DNA from: Octopus bimaculoides
Taxonomy: Eukaryota
Reading direction: 5' to 3'
DNA: 64,000 nt
Assembly (NCBI RefSeq): GCF_001194135.2
Contig: NC_068982.1
Location: 20,804,802 to 20,868,801 of the forward strand
The notes below the pieces were generated by a model. It ran no database searches. It was not told the origin of the DNA and was given only the letters and a program-made list of their open reading frames with translations. Shown piece after piece: positions 39,801 to 52,690 of the stretch (its first letter is position 1; each line of letters opens with the position of its first letter). Both the position numbers and the translations under genes were made by a program.

Positions 39801-42800
39801 TGACAGAAAAAAAAATTAAAGTATAAGATATGAAATAAATAAAATAGATGCATTTCTTAATAATTACGATTGTTGACAGCCATATTTGTTGATGATCCGT
39901 GATATATCAGCGTATAATGTTCTCGGAGAAAAATCGCGAAGGTCATGTTACGTACCAGATTCGTTTGAAAGCCGGTAGAATTCCTGATAATTCATTCATC
40001 ATTAATTTTAAAGAAATACATGCTTTTATAGAAAGAAGTAAAAATAATATACTGTCATTAATTGAAATTAATATTTTTCTGCATTCCATCTTGTAGTTAG
40101 ATTCATGTTCAGAGCAATGGCGAGCGTCATTAATATCTATTTAAGAGAAGTTGTGTTACATAGCAATATCAATATAATCACTCAGATATCATTTGAAATG
40201 TATTCAGTTCAGTAATCGAATTCCAAATAATTTGTTCTCACACACAAACACACAAACACACTCTCATACTTACACATATAGAAACGTGTATCTGTATATG
40301 TACGTATTTCTGTCTTTCTGCCTGTATGTATATATGCATCCATCAATCCGTGCAGGCATGTATGCATTAGGTATGTATGTATGTATATATGTATGTATGA
40401 GTCTATATTCTGACACAAGGATATTGCCAAAACAAAGCGTGTGTATAACCTACATTAATCGGTATACATGCTTCGAATTTCATATGTTTGTACACTGTTT
40501 CTTCTTATATGATAACTATTTTCCTGCTCTCTCTTGTTATAGGCAAATAACGGGTTCCAGTCAAACGGAAATTGTTGCCATTGAGATCGTGTGATCTATA
40601 TGTAGGCTGAGTGACAATAACAGAAATCTACAGGCTTTATTCAATGAGGACATCATTCTCAAGCGCATTTGTAAAGAAAGAGGATAAATTTTCAAGAGTG
40701 GTCCGGGGTATGGATGTCAAATAACGCATGTATGGAAAATTTCCATACACTCGCATATACTTACTCTCTCTTTCTCTATCAGACTGTATATCTGTCTGTA
40801 ACTCTCTGTTTCCCCTCACTCACTTTCTCGCTGTCTCTTCTGGTGCACAAATACACAACAAACACATATACATATACATATATGTGTGTATATTGAGAAA
40901 TAAACTGTAATGCATACATAAATAGATATTTCACAAATTTACAATGTCTTCAGTGTGTGTTAGTAGCCAATATGTGACTAATTATTATAGCAACATTTAT
41001 TTCTATTTCTTGTAATTATACGATCAGTTGATATATCCTCTTCGGTTTTTTTTTTCGTGAATAGTTAATGAAATATACATAATAATATAATTATGGCAAT
41101 TACATCTTAGTGCAATTTTAGTATATTTATATATGCATTGTTTTCATCTCATAAATTAAGATCATAAATTAAGACACCAGAAAACAATCAACGCACTTAA
41201 TAATTATTCTACGATGCATATGGCATTATTATCCTTGTGCTCATATTATGAATATCGTAACCAATCATATGTGTATACGGAAACTAATATAGATATACCT
41301 GTAAACTGTAAATTGTGTAAGGAATATGTGTTTCAAAATATTATCAAAGGTAAACTATTTTGAAAAACTATCCACATTAAATATGCAAAAGAAAGCGAAT
41401 AAATTCCTTCCTTCGGACACTGATGTTTTATAAAACTTCAACTGATTCTCATGGAAGAATTAGACACAGTGGATGATGATTTCAATTAACAGCTTCATGA
41501 AAGAAGTTTAAACTGGCATTTAATAATTGCATAGTAATATATGTTATTTGAAAATTTCACAAAAGAAAACAAAAGTGACTATGCTGTTTTTAAAATCCAC
41601 TTCAGTGTGTCTTAAATGTAAAGAATGTAAATTATGGATCTATCATGATTGCTAACCAAGGATATGCTGTTGATATAACACTTTCTAATTTAATCACCTG
41701 CCGTTTTGTAACTGAACACCACTTGATTATCCACCTGCATTGTATAAACTTTTTTCAGAGATTTAGTTCATGGATATGAAGATGTCTACTGCACATACAT
41801 GCATATCCATTCAGACATATCCTATAATATCAATATGATATCATTTCGAAATACCAAAGTACAACTGCGATATATTTCCGAACAGTATGATGTGTGCAAT
41901 GAATACACAATATTCCAGACATGCCAAATGGAAGAAAGCACTTGCATTTATGTCTATTTCTCAAGAATGATAAATCTTTTTCTTACAATTTCAAAATGTT
42001 TTCCATGTAGAGTTTAATTTTCACATCTTATATTTCATGTGCGGTATTAGTGTATTGCACTAATACCGCCCATGATGCGGTATTAATGCAATACACTTTA
42101 TATGATGTTTATACATGCAATCCTGAAACGGTAAATCATATTTTACATTTTAACTGCATTTTCGAAATGCTATATTAACACAAGTAGCTCTACGCAGTTT
42201 CTTTTCTACTCAATGTTTACTATGCATTTTAACATTCTATATTATTTTGTCGTGGTTTATCAAATTTATACAGAATATATTCTCGATAGATATTAATATA
42301 AACTCCATTTTGTGAAGAATATAATTTTCCTATATCACCGTTACCAGTAATGAACATGCAAAGAAAACAAAAGCTGCAAACATCTATGCATTTATTCTAT
42401 ACATCTTGTAATACCTGATAATAGTATGAACAACGCTAGTATGAAAAGTAATTATTAATTGAAATTACGCTTTGATTCTAATTTGACTTTTGGAAATCAT
42501 CCAACATTTTTCTGAGGATTCGATGACTTGTAACTGCGAAAATTCTTGGCAAGTAATTGTTGTTTTGAGTGATTTTGAATCTATTCTATTGCTTTCTTTC
42601 ATTTATTACTTTGCTGCTTATGATTTCCGATTTCTATCAGGGCAGGTCATTTAGTTACCATATAATGCTACGACGTTGAATTATAATGTGCATTTTATTT
42701 TGAATCTGAACAATTGTTTATGCTTTCAAATTATTCATTGATCTAAAATTCCTGCGATATTCTGCCTCGTTTGAGATTTCACCATGTTTCTGATTTAAAT

Positions 42801-42993
42801 GTTAATTGGATATGTTTAGATTTTGTTTTGTTTAAAGAGATATAACGTGTCTGACTTCTATTTTCCTGATATCAACAAAAATAAAGTATTTACATTCTTA
42901 TTCAAGCCAGAGATGCGTTATACTATTTAATGTTTTTCTTCTTTCTTTAGATTAACAGTTGCCTGTAAAATAGATATTAATTAATGTTCTGTT

Positions 42994-43475
42994 GTGAAAA
43001 GAAAGCGACAAGTCAAATATATGAATAGTTTCCTAACACAGGCCCGAATACGCTCAACAACAGAGAAGCCGTCAGTAAAAAAATGCGGAAGAACCAACTG
43101 TGGGATATGCGTCAATTTAATTGAAGGATCAGTGTTCTCTTTCAAACAGGGACAACGTTTCACAGTGAAAAGGAACTTCACATGTGCTTCGGAGAACCTG
43201 ATATACGCACTAACCTGCACTGGACGTCCAGAGCAATACATAGGCCAAATAAAAAATAGTCTACGAGAAAGGATGGCTCTGCACAAATCCAAGATCAAAA
43301 TTCCCCAAAACAGAAAAATAGCATTCAGCCAACATATCGACATTTGCGCGAATAACAAAAATCAAATCTTCAGACTCTTTCCCCTCTAACAATTCAGGGA
43401 CGATACAACCTGTAGCAAACGAATTAGTAAAAAGACTCTCTTTATTACAAAATATAGGCCCCTTTTGAACGCATA
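42994..43475 (+). mobile_element. Penelope-like element GIY-YIG endonuclease (with upstream Cys cluster), 3' end of ORF
   Basis: KKCGRTNCGICVNL...FTCASENLIYALTCTGRPEQYIGQIKNSLRERMALH...QHIDIC, one stop, then ...FITKYRPLLN. Confidence 0.9.
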
Positions 43476-43503
43476 TACAACAAATGACATATCCACCACA
43501 GCC

Positions 43504-43935
43504 TTAGAATAACACACACACGCAAATATTAAATATGATACATTCAAGAAACAGTCCCAATCACTGCTATAATCCACAACGAGCCACTTTTAGGTCACTT
43601 GACCATTTAACATCCTACTACTATCATACCACATGCATTCTTTTATTATTTCCTCTTCTCTTTCCACTTCTTCTTCGACTTCTTCTTCTCCGCCACCTCC
43701 TTCCTTACGTTACTACTATTGCTGTTTAGAATAACACCTACTCAAATATTATAAACAACACAGAGATGTCTCAAGAATTCAATCACTGCTACCATTTAAA
43801 ACAAGTCACTTTAATGGCACTTAACCATTTAACATACTACTACTATCATGTCACTCTCGCATTCTACTCCTCCTCCTTCTTGTTCTTGTTCTTGCTCTTT
43901 TCGTTCTTCTTTTTCTTTTCTTTCTTTTTCTTTGC
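43504..43935 (+). repeat. Two tandem ~220-bp units directly downstream of the GIY-YIG ORF (pseudo-LTR-like)
   Basis: ttagaataacac...caatcactgcta...gaccatttaacatcctactactatcat starts at 43504 and recurs at 43726. Each unit ends in a CTT-rich tract. Confidence 0.75.
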
Positions 43936-44214
43936 CAAGAATTCACAACGATCTCGAACCCACTAGAGTAAACAAGAGACATATAGAGACAGGCAGAAAC
44001 AAGAAAAATGCCCCTTGTATTTCAATACTATGCAAATATTCTTTTAAAAAACTTAACTTTTCCAAAATTTAATTGTTTTCCATACTTAAAGTTGAAAAAG
44101 TCTCATTGACTGAAACCAGTACTGAAAATGTTTTTATAACATTATTTTAGCATTTTCTACCTTGACATTTTTTCCATATTCCTTTTCANNNNNNNNNNAT
44201 ATATACATATGTGT

Positions 44215-44935
44215 GTGTTTGTGAATTAAAGCTACTATTGGTTTCATGTCAAGAAAAATAGAAAGACATCTTGATACAGGGATCATACTTGGTAAACCAT
44301 CCTCTGTATTTTCTGGAATTAACATTGATGTTCCATTTTATCTGGCGCTTACTTATTCTATCTTCTTTCAAAGTTCATATCATATTGGAGAGGGATGTTA
44401 TGTGAGGTTTTTTTGTCTCTGAAATACGCCAGGTGTTTTGTGCACGTTTCCTTGAACGAGTTGCCCGTCAAACCGATATACGTCTTTGCAATTCCGTTGG
44501 GATCCGCTATTTTGGCCTTGTATACAATATCTTTCTCGAGACAGTTGTTGTTTAGGGGGCAACGGTTTGGGGATCTTAATTTGTATTTCCTTTAGAAGAT
44601 ATCGCTGTTCTGTTTATTTTTATTGTGAATTGTCTCTATATTGTGAATTGACTCTATATTATAGGTAACTACAACAATGCTACTGTTGAATATCTTGTGG
44701 TATTTGTGTGAATGGGGGAAATGATTGTCTATGAATTAAAAATATTTCCTCATAAAGTTAGTAGCTATATTCATGCTATAAGATATGTTAAACAAAAATA
44801 TTTTTCTCAATATAGTTTACGCTATTCTTGGAGTCGGAGCTTTCTAAAGCAGGATTATAGAAGGGGCGGCGTTTTCAAAAGTATCTTTCTTGACGGATAC
44901 ATTGAATACGTGCCTACTAATGTTTTTGGCTAGTT
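44215..44935 (-). mobile_element. Second Penelope-like element: RT thumb/linker plus GIY-YIG (3' ~720 bp of ORF, frameshifted)
   Basis: TFENAAP/YNPALESS; FNISYSMNIATNFMRKYF*FIDNHFPHSHKYHKIFNSS (cf. WFNPPYSxNVxTNIG..LIDKHFP..HKLHKIFNR); RCPLNNNCLEKDIVYKAK...KTYIGLTGNSFKE...H; LSNMI*TLKE...IKWNI. Confidence 0.85.
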
Positions 44936-45149
44936 ATGTTTGACCAAAAGTTGAATAATACGACTAGTTTCCCAAAAGCTTAGTGACATGACAATTTGCG
45001 CAAAAGGTTAATGACGTAATTGTTTGACCAAAAGTTAAATCCAAGGGAGATAACCTCGCAAAATATGTCATCCAATCATTGCGCCTCTTGATTTATTTTT
45101 TTCTTTACGAGAATCCCCATGAATTCAAAGAGCCTTTGTTTTTTTATCT

Positions 45150-45250
45150 GAAATGTAGACGAACAACATCCCTCTATGTGATCGGCTTGTAACGATATTA
45201 AGATATTTTTCTATCTATTTTCATATGAAACCAATAGTAGTCTTATTTGA
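45150..45250 (+). mobile_element. Inverted copy of the same PLE GIY-YIG C-terminus
   Basis: catatgaaaccaatagtagtcttat matches the reverse complement of 44226-44250; peptide IKIFFYLFSYETNSSL vs IKMSFYFS*HETNSSF. Confidence 0.6.
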
Positions 45251-45259
45251 GAAATAATA

Positions 45260-45745
45260 TATATATTCAGGGAGAAGTGAGGATGTAGTTGTTTTGAAAC
45301 TGAAATCTGATACCAGTTTTATCTGAATGTCAATTCCGTTTTCGTCTTGATTGTCTTCCCTAGTGTGTAGTTTCCTATGGTGTTGCTTATTCAACAATTT
45401 GTGGAATTTGATGTCTTTAACAATACTCCGAAAGTCATCTTCAAATCCAGGCAGTTGCAGATATGGTGGTGGGTATTTCCTTGTTTTGAATGTATGCTTC
45501 ATTTTCGCATCATTCCGGAAGTTATCAATCATTTCTTCTTCACAACTTCATTCATAAGTATGTGACAAAATTAGTCCAGCAACGGGTAGGACATCCCAGA
45601 TCAGTTATGATGCATCTAGCTTCTAGAATCATTTGTTGCAGCAATTGTTTTCTATGTTCTTCATGTATCTTTTACTGTCATTATAATTTCTTTGATTTAT
45701 ATAATTTTGGTAAGAAATAATTGTGTCTTTGATTTAGTTCAAAAT
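45260..45745 (-). mobile_element. PLE N-terminal fragment (45260-45532) and RT fragment (45560-45745)
   Basis: TFKTRKYPPPYLQLPGFEDDFRSIVKDIKF resembles a PLE N-terminal motif. FLPKLYKSK...LEARCIITDLGCPTRCWTNFVTYL resembles FYxLPKIHKS...LKxRPIxAGPxCPTxxLS. Confidence 0.6.
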
Positions 45746-45946
45746 TTGTAATGCAGTCCATTTCTTTAATTGTACGCCATTATGTTTGGAAGCAGTCTTT
45801 TGAACTGCTTTATAATGTGATGATTAATGGCAGGACGTATTTCAGAGTAAATGGTTGTATCATTAAAATGAGTTTCTGCTAAATCTCAATATTTTTTGGC
45901 ATCCATTATGGCAATCATGCTAACTTTATCTGCATTTTATAGATTA

Positions 45947-47302
45947 CTAGCAGAAATACCCGGCTTTGCCCGGGTTAAAGAGAATCATGAAATCTAAAAA
46001 CGCCGTCTAGACTACGCAACCCTCAACTGTTAGTAGCTACGATACCATATTTCTACATTAATAACTCTCCAATCTATGCCAGCATGGAACATAGACATTA
46101 AGTGGAATGCCAGTCTCTCATCTAGGAGGGCCTTGAAATCAATGTTACCAACTGGGGACTATGTGTGTCGTAGTGATAATAAAAAGACCCAAAGGAGGTC
46201 TGCAACGAAATAATNNNNNNNNNNNNNNNNNNNNNNNNNNNNNNNNNNNNNNNNNNNNNNNNNNNNNNNNNNNNNNNNNNNNNNNNNNNNNNNNNNNNNN
46301 NNNNNNNNNNNNNNNNNNNNNNNNNNNNNNNNNNNNNNNNNNNNNNNNNNNNNNNNNNNNNNNNNNNNNNNNNNNNNNNNNNNNNNNNNNNNNNNNNNNN
46401 NNNNNNNNNNNNNNNNNNNNNNNNNNNNNNNNNNNNNNNNNNNNNNNNNNNNNNNNNNNNNNNNNNNNNNNNNNNNNNNNNNNNNNNNNNNNNNNNNNNN
46501 NNNNNNNNNNNNNNNNNNNNNNNNNNNNNNNNNNNNNNNNNNNNNNNNNNNNNNNNNNNNNNNNNNNNNNNNNNNNNNNNNNNNNNNNNNNNNNNNNNNN
46601 NNNNNNNNNNNNNNNNNNNNNNNNNNNNNNNNNNNNNNNNNNNNNNNNNNNNNNNNNNNNNNNNNNNNNNNNNNNNNNNNNNNNNNNNNNNNNNNNNNNN
46701 NNNNNNNNNNNNNNNNNNNNNNNNNNNNNNNNNNNNNNNNNNNNNNNNNNNNNNNNNNNNNNNNNNNNNNNNNNNNNNNNNNNNNNNNNNNNNNNNNNNN
46801 NNNNNNNNNNNNNNNNNNNNNNNNNNNNNNNNNNNNNNNNNNNNNNNNNNNNNNNNNNNNNNNNNNNNNNNNNNNNNNNNNNNNNNNNNNNNNNNNNNNN
46901 NNNNNNNNNNNNNNNNNNNNNNNNNNNNNNNNNNNNNNNNNNNNNNNNNNNNNNNNNNNNNNNNNNNNNNNNNNNNNNNNNNAGTATCGAAATGTGATTG
47001 TTTCAGTTAGTAGAATAGTTTCATTTTTAAAGTGAAAGTATTTGACATGAGTGTTTTTGTTTCACTTTTGACACGTAATACTTAAATAGTGGAGGAGATA
47101 TTATGTTGCCGTGGGCTCGAACTCTGCAAGAAGTTAAAAATTTTTTTGACTAAAACACAACTGGAACCCTAAGTAAGGCAGGTGTAAAATTTGAATGAAA
47201 TTGGTTGCGTAGTTCTCGAGCTTTAGGGATTCACACAGACAGAAAGACAGACAGCCAGACAGACAGACAGACACACATTCTCATTTTTATATATATAGAA
47301 GA
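45947..47302 (-). mobile_element. Non-autonomous Helitron (interrupted by gap 46215-46982)
   Basis: Minus strand: A|TCTTCTATATATATAAAAATGAG...(TGTC)n...ACCCGGGCAAAGCCGGGT-atttctg-CTAG|T. It has the 5'-TC, a 3' hairpin plus CTAG, an AT insertion site and no TSD. Confidence 0.85.
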
Positions 47303-48599
47303 TTGTATTATCGTCTTGGAGCTTTTGAATACAGACTTCACTGCGTTGTAATATTTGATCTGACACACGTATTTTGCTTAAGTAGGGATATGAATATATA
47401 TATAAAAATGTATGCCAAGATGGGTGTTTCTTTTATTTTTTAAAATATTAATTTCGATGTGCCCTTTAACAAGCATTCATCACGCTCACTATATTTATCA
47501 ATATAAAAATCAGCCAGCAGTAAATTCAGATAGAATTTGGGGTTATACTCTTCTAAATTTGGATGGTTGGCTATTAGCAAAGAATAATAATTTTGCAAAA
47601 ATGTGACTTTCCCTCCTAACTACGTTTCTTTTTGTTAGTTACATAATGTTTGGGTCTATCCTTACAATTCTTCTCTTTTGCCCCACCACCTGAATTTTCT
47701 TTGATCTTTCTGCTTGTTGTGTTGACATTCAAACATATACATATTTTAGTACTTCCATTTTCTACTTAACGATCTGTGCTACGTGCTTTGCTCGTTATGT
47801 TTGACCTTGTTTTTCATTGTTTTCTAGTCTTTCCTGCCTATTGATCATATTATCTGTGTTTACCTATCTTGTAGAATAATCTACATTTCTTTCTATATTT
47901 AGCACGACTTCTCTCCTATTTACCCACGGGCGACATTTGTGTGTGCATACTGAAAACGATTCACTGACATTTCTTACCCTAGACTTATAATTTTGTCAAA
48001 TGTTCTCAAGTGTCACCCTTAAGAAAATTTGTTTTCTTGCGTCATTTTATGGACAAGGGAATTTGTTGTCAAGTTTTTCTATTTTGTATACTTGCTTTCC
48101 ATGTTACTGTGGACACAACAATGAAAAAAAATTCTAACAGGTTTTTTTCGTTCGTGGTTTACCGTACTGTGGCAGAATAAGTTGGTCTTCGGAGCAAAGA
48201 AGTGTATTCTCTAGAGAATAAACATTATAGAAATGTCGACTGCCGCTATTAAAACAATCTATGGGGGGAATAATATAAACGAAACAATTTCCTGAAAAGG
48301 GCATATATCTCCTATAAGATGTCATCAAATTATAGGGATGACAATATGGAATTAGCTGTAGCAACAAAACCTGGCGAGAGAAAGAAAAACGAAGAAAAAA
48401 TTATATCTACCTATCTATCTCTCCCACGCTGTCTCTAGTGCCCCCTCATGCTCTCTCTCTCTCTCTCTCATTCTCTCTCTCTCCCTCACACACACACACT
48501 CACACATACACACACACACACAAACACACACATACACACACACACACGCACACACACACACACTTTCTCTCTCGCTCTATACACTATTTTATTCTTTCT

Positions 48600-48798
48600 A
48601 TTCTTTTACTTCTTTTAGTCATGTGGAGCACCGCCTTTAGTCAAACAAATTCAACTCAGGACTTACTTTTTTTTCAGCCTAGTACATATTCTATCGGACT
48701 CTTTTGCCGAACCGCTGAGGTACGGAGACATAAACATACCAACGTCAGTTGTCGAGCGATGGCGGGTGGACAAAAGCAGACACGCAAACACACACACA

Positions 48799-48847
<49 letters not shown>

Positions 48848-48920
48848 ACACAGAGATATGTTTATATATATACACAACGAGCTTCTTTCAGTTTCCGTCT
48901 ACCAAATCCATTTCGTCTCT
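48600..48920 (-). mobile_element. SINE family A copy with internal (CA)n
   Basis: catgtggagcaccgccttt...gccgaaccgct...tttcagtttccgtctaccaaatcc. Confidence 0.75.
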
Positions 48921-48924
48921 CAAT

Positions 48925-49290
48925 GTTCTCATCTGAAATTCCCCCGAGGTCGACTTTGGTATTCATCCTTTCGGGATCAATAAATTAAGTACCAGTTACG
49001 CACTGGGGTCGATGTAATCGACGCAATCCCTTTGTCTGTGCGTGTTTGTCCCCTCTGTGTTTAGCCACTTACGAGCAATAAAGAAATAAGGATCGTTAGC
49101 ACACCGGGCGAAATGCTTAGCGGTGTTTCCTCTCTCTCCATGTTCTGAGCTCAAATTCCGCCGAGGTCGACTTTGCCTTTCGTCCTTTCGGGGTCGATAA
49201 ATTAAGTCCCAGTTGCGTACTGGGGTCGATCTAATCGACTGGCCCTGTCCCCCAACATTTCGAGCTTTGTGCCTCGAGTAGAAAAGAATA
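48925..49290 (+). mobile_element. Two tandem copies of tRNA-derived SINE family B (48925-49040 partial; 49090-49290)
   Basis: aaattccgccgaggtcgactttgcctttc.tcctttcggggtcgataaattaagt.ccagtt...tactggggtcgat.taatcgac occurs twice. The second copy has head gttagcacaccgggcgaaatgcttagc and B-box-like gagctcaaattcc. Confidence 0.85.
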
Positions 49291-50038
49291 TACTTTCAAC
49301 GTTAACGAACAATTTGTCTTTTATTTATTGTCTCAATGAACACTAAGGGTCAAATTAAAGCATATGATTTCTATTTAATGGCTATTTCTTTGCTTCCCAC
49401 TCATAAAGTTCAATCACAGACGCAACAGAGCGAGAGAAAGCAAACACAAAGCAGACTCGAAAATGCATGCAGTGACTATTTTAACTATTGAAGCAACACA
49501 TTTCATGCTACGTGTATTTGTATCTAATGGAACTGGTAGGAGGGGTATCTCACGGGAATTGTTGAATGAGTTTGTGTCAAATTATTTTTGCTAGTACAAT
49601 GCAGCAGACCGTGGAGAATAATATTCCAGAAATGTGGAATTAACTCGGTAGTTAAGGAGGAAAACGTCGACCATTTTAATTACAGTACCAAGTCCATTTG
49701 TTGTATATTCTGGTGAGAAATAAAGATAGATGTAGAAAAAGAGTGAAAGCAACAAACATAGATACACAGGGTCAGAGAGAAAGAGAGTGGTTCGAGAAAT
49801 ATTATAGGAAAAAAATGAAAGAAGAGAGATAGAGAGAGGGGGGATATCTAGATTGTGAGAGGAGGGCGGTTAAAGAGAGACAATACTACAATTTTCAATC
49901 GCTGCTCATGCATACGTATTGTCAAGCTGCCAAGCAAGTTTCACTGCACATTTAACAGACATTCAAAGACTGTTAAGTTGTTTCAGCTGTACTTTTCCCG
50001 TCTAAATCATAGAGAATATATAGATTAAAGATAGATAC

Positions 50039-50100
50039 ATTTATTTTATTTTCCATTTCGTTTGAGTTATATATTTATTTTATTTTCCATTTCGTTTGAG
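50039..50100. repeat. Tandem duplication, period 34 bp
   Basis: atttattttattttccatttcgtttgag x2. Confidence 0.9.
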
Positions 50101-52199
50101 ATACATGTATATTTATTTTTCTTTTAGATGTGCTGCAAGTCGTTATTACATGTAGATTCTCACATATACATATTCAAATATTATAGTAAGTAAACAAAGT
50201 TAAGCTGCGGTACAAATGAGTTTAGAATCAGTTAATATAGACTATGATATTTATTTGATAGTATTCGATCATCAAAAACTTCTAGAGATTGTAATGATTC
50301 TGAATGGTTTTAGATACAGATTGTTACGGAATGCAAATCAGAAAGAAAAGTGAAATACTAGGCCATACCAAGATAGAGAACCTAACTAGCATTCACACAT
50401 ACACTCGATCTCTTTGATATGTTCATATAATATAATGCTAAGCCATGTTTATTATTTTGATGGCAATAGTTAAATATTGCATCTTACGATTTCTTCATGT
50501 GTAAATCCTATGAAACGGTTTGACTCCAGTTCGCATGCATGATAAATGCCTTGGAAATAAAGAAAATAATTATATTTCAAAGAAAAGTAGAAGTCACTTT
50601 CCATAAGCATAATGTATACGATGCTTTTATACTACATGAAAGCAGAGTATAAAGAATATTTATTATCATTATGTTCTGAATATTGTGTGTCGTAAAATGC
50701 TTAAGCTTTTAATAAATGTTTTAAAATGCTTGTTTTTACTACAAACAAGTGTAGAGATTCTAACATTTACATTTCTGTATAACTTCTGTCTGTTCATTAA
50801 ATGATTTGCATGTCAAGTATACTTTATATTATATGACAAGTTGTATATTAGGCTATGGTATTCAAATATATTTTAGTTCGAAGAATAAATAATTTACTCA
50901 TTAATCACGCGAGAATTATGCTTGATAACGACATTTATGTCGTCAGTTTGCATCACTTTAAGCTTAACTCTTCATTTACGTTGATATATATGCAAAAAGA
51001 CAAGAACATAGAAAAACTAATAAAATAAATAAATGTATATAATGAATATGATGCAATAGATGCAACTCTTGATTACAACGTCATATGTCAAACATAGCCT
51101 AAATATATGCATGGTTGAAAGGTTACAGGCTGCTGTGGTTGTCCAGAGATATGCCGCTTTAAGAAGTAAAGTTTTCAGGAAATTATTCTTTAAACTTAGA
51201 CACAATTCGGTCGATGTTGCGGCTTGTCAATGCCCCACAATGAAGTCACTTTCTAGAAGTTGCTTCGACCTGTCTGAAGTATATACATATTTTGAATAAA
51301 CATCTCTTTGGTTTTGCAAACTAGTCGCTGGTCTGAAGGAAATTCAAATTATGCAATAGATGTATCGCTATATTACGTAATTTTCAATAAGGTATACGTA
51401 ACTTATACATAGGATTGAAAATCAGAGGATACAGTTGTTGTTCGAGGAAAGTCCTTTTATAGACGTAGCGTTAGAGCTGTTAGTAACATGAATACTGAAA
51501 TCTGTTTGACATTTTTGATAAAAAAATGTTTATTCTCAACGCAAATACAAAAGCTGCGAAGCTCATACTCTGAGACAATTCGAAAATTATTGTTCTTTGG
51601 CTAGGTAACATAGTAGTCGCTGTTGTGAGTTTCTTCATGTTACTTGTTCATTGTGTGTTGCTAACACCGAAGTCAATTATTTTTTATATGTTGTCACAGC
51701 ACTCTGTCTGCTGGTCGATCTGCTACTCTCTGCTATCTACTGTTTCTGCATCCGGTCTATTACATTTCATCTGTCGTCTGACCGTAGGGACTACAATGCG
51801 CTAAAACTGTAGTGGCGATCTTGATCAGAAAAAGTGCACAAAATATGATACTGTGGTTAGATCCGGTTCCATGTATGTGTGTGTGTGTGTGTGAGTGTGT
51901 GTGTTTAATGCATATTACTATAAATAATTTTTTTGCGAGTTGTTGAACGAAACGCACAGTCATGCACGTAACACCTAAATACAAATCAAAATACTTTCTG
52001 AATTTGGGTATGTAGAGCAAAGATTAATTTGTGGAATCAGATTATGGTATATCATATAAAGTATACAAGTATGAAAACGGACTCCTGGATATTATCAGAG
52101 AACAAATGTCTCTGTAATATCGGATAATATGTAATGATTTATTGGTAATGCACTAGAAAACACTAGATAGTTCGGTGTAGAGCATGCTTTATTAAAAGA

Positions 52200-52400
52200 A
52201 AAAATATAATTGATGTACATTATCTACATTATTTACATTATTAACATTCGACGTGTATTTGTCCTGATCTTGTTTGTTGTTAACACAACGTTTCAGCTGA
52301 TATACCCTCCAACCTTCTTCAGGTGTCTTGGAGAAATTTCGAACCTGGGTTCTCATTCCTAAGGTATTTTTCGATGTTATTATTATTATTATCATCATCA

Positions 52401-52497
<97 letters not shown>

Positions 52498-52617
52498 TCA
52501 CTGTTTGGAATTGAACTCGGAACGTTGGGGTTAAGAACGCGGGCTACTAACCCCAAAATTCCGAGTTCGATTCCAAGCAGTGACCTGAACATAATAATAA
52601 TAATGATGATGATAATG

Positions 52618-52681
<64 letters not shown>

Positions 52682-52690
52682 TAATTTCAA
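52200..52690 (-). mobile_element. Composite repeat: tRNA-like head, (AAT)n, hammerhead-bearing tail; head duplicated in inverted orientation to form a ~310-bp palindrome
   Basis: Arms caggtcactgtttggaattgaactcggaacgttggggtta / taaccccaaaattccgagttcgattccaagcagtgacctg, flanked by (TTA)n and (TAA)n. B-box GAGTTCGATTCC is present. The tail is shared with 55600-55770. Confidence 0.8.
52282..52327 (-). ncRNA. Minimal type-I hammerhead ribozyme motif
   Basis: GACAC-CUGAAGA-A-GGUUG(gaggguauau)CAGCU-GAAA-C-GUU-GUGUU. Stem I is GACAC/GUGUU and stem III is the palindrome AACGUU. Confidence 0.72.

Noticed and set aside
7972-46997. Long ORFs in the track (298-403 aa) and poly-CV/HT/YI/N/I ORFs
   Set aside because: Artefacts of N gaps and microsatellites.
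52525-52590. tRNA gene
   Set aside because: Only a B-box and partial A-box; no complete cloverleaf. It is a SINE head.
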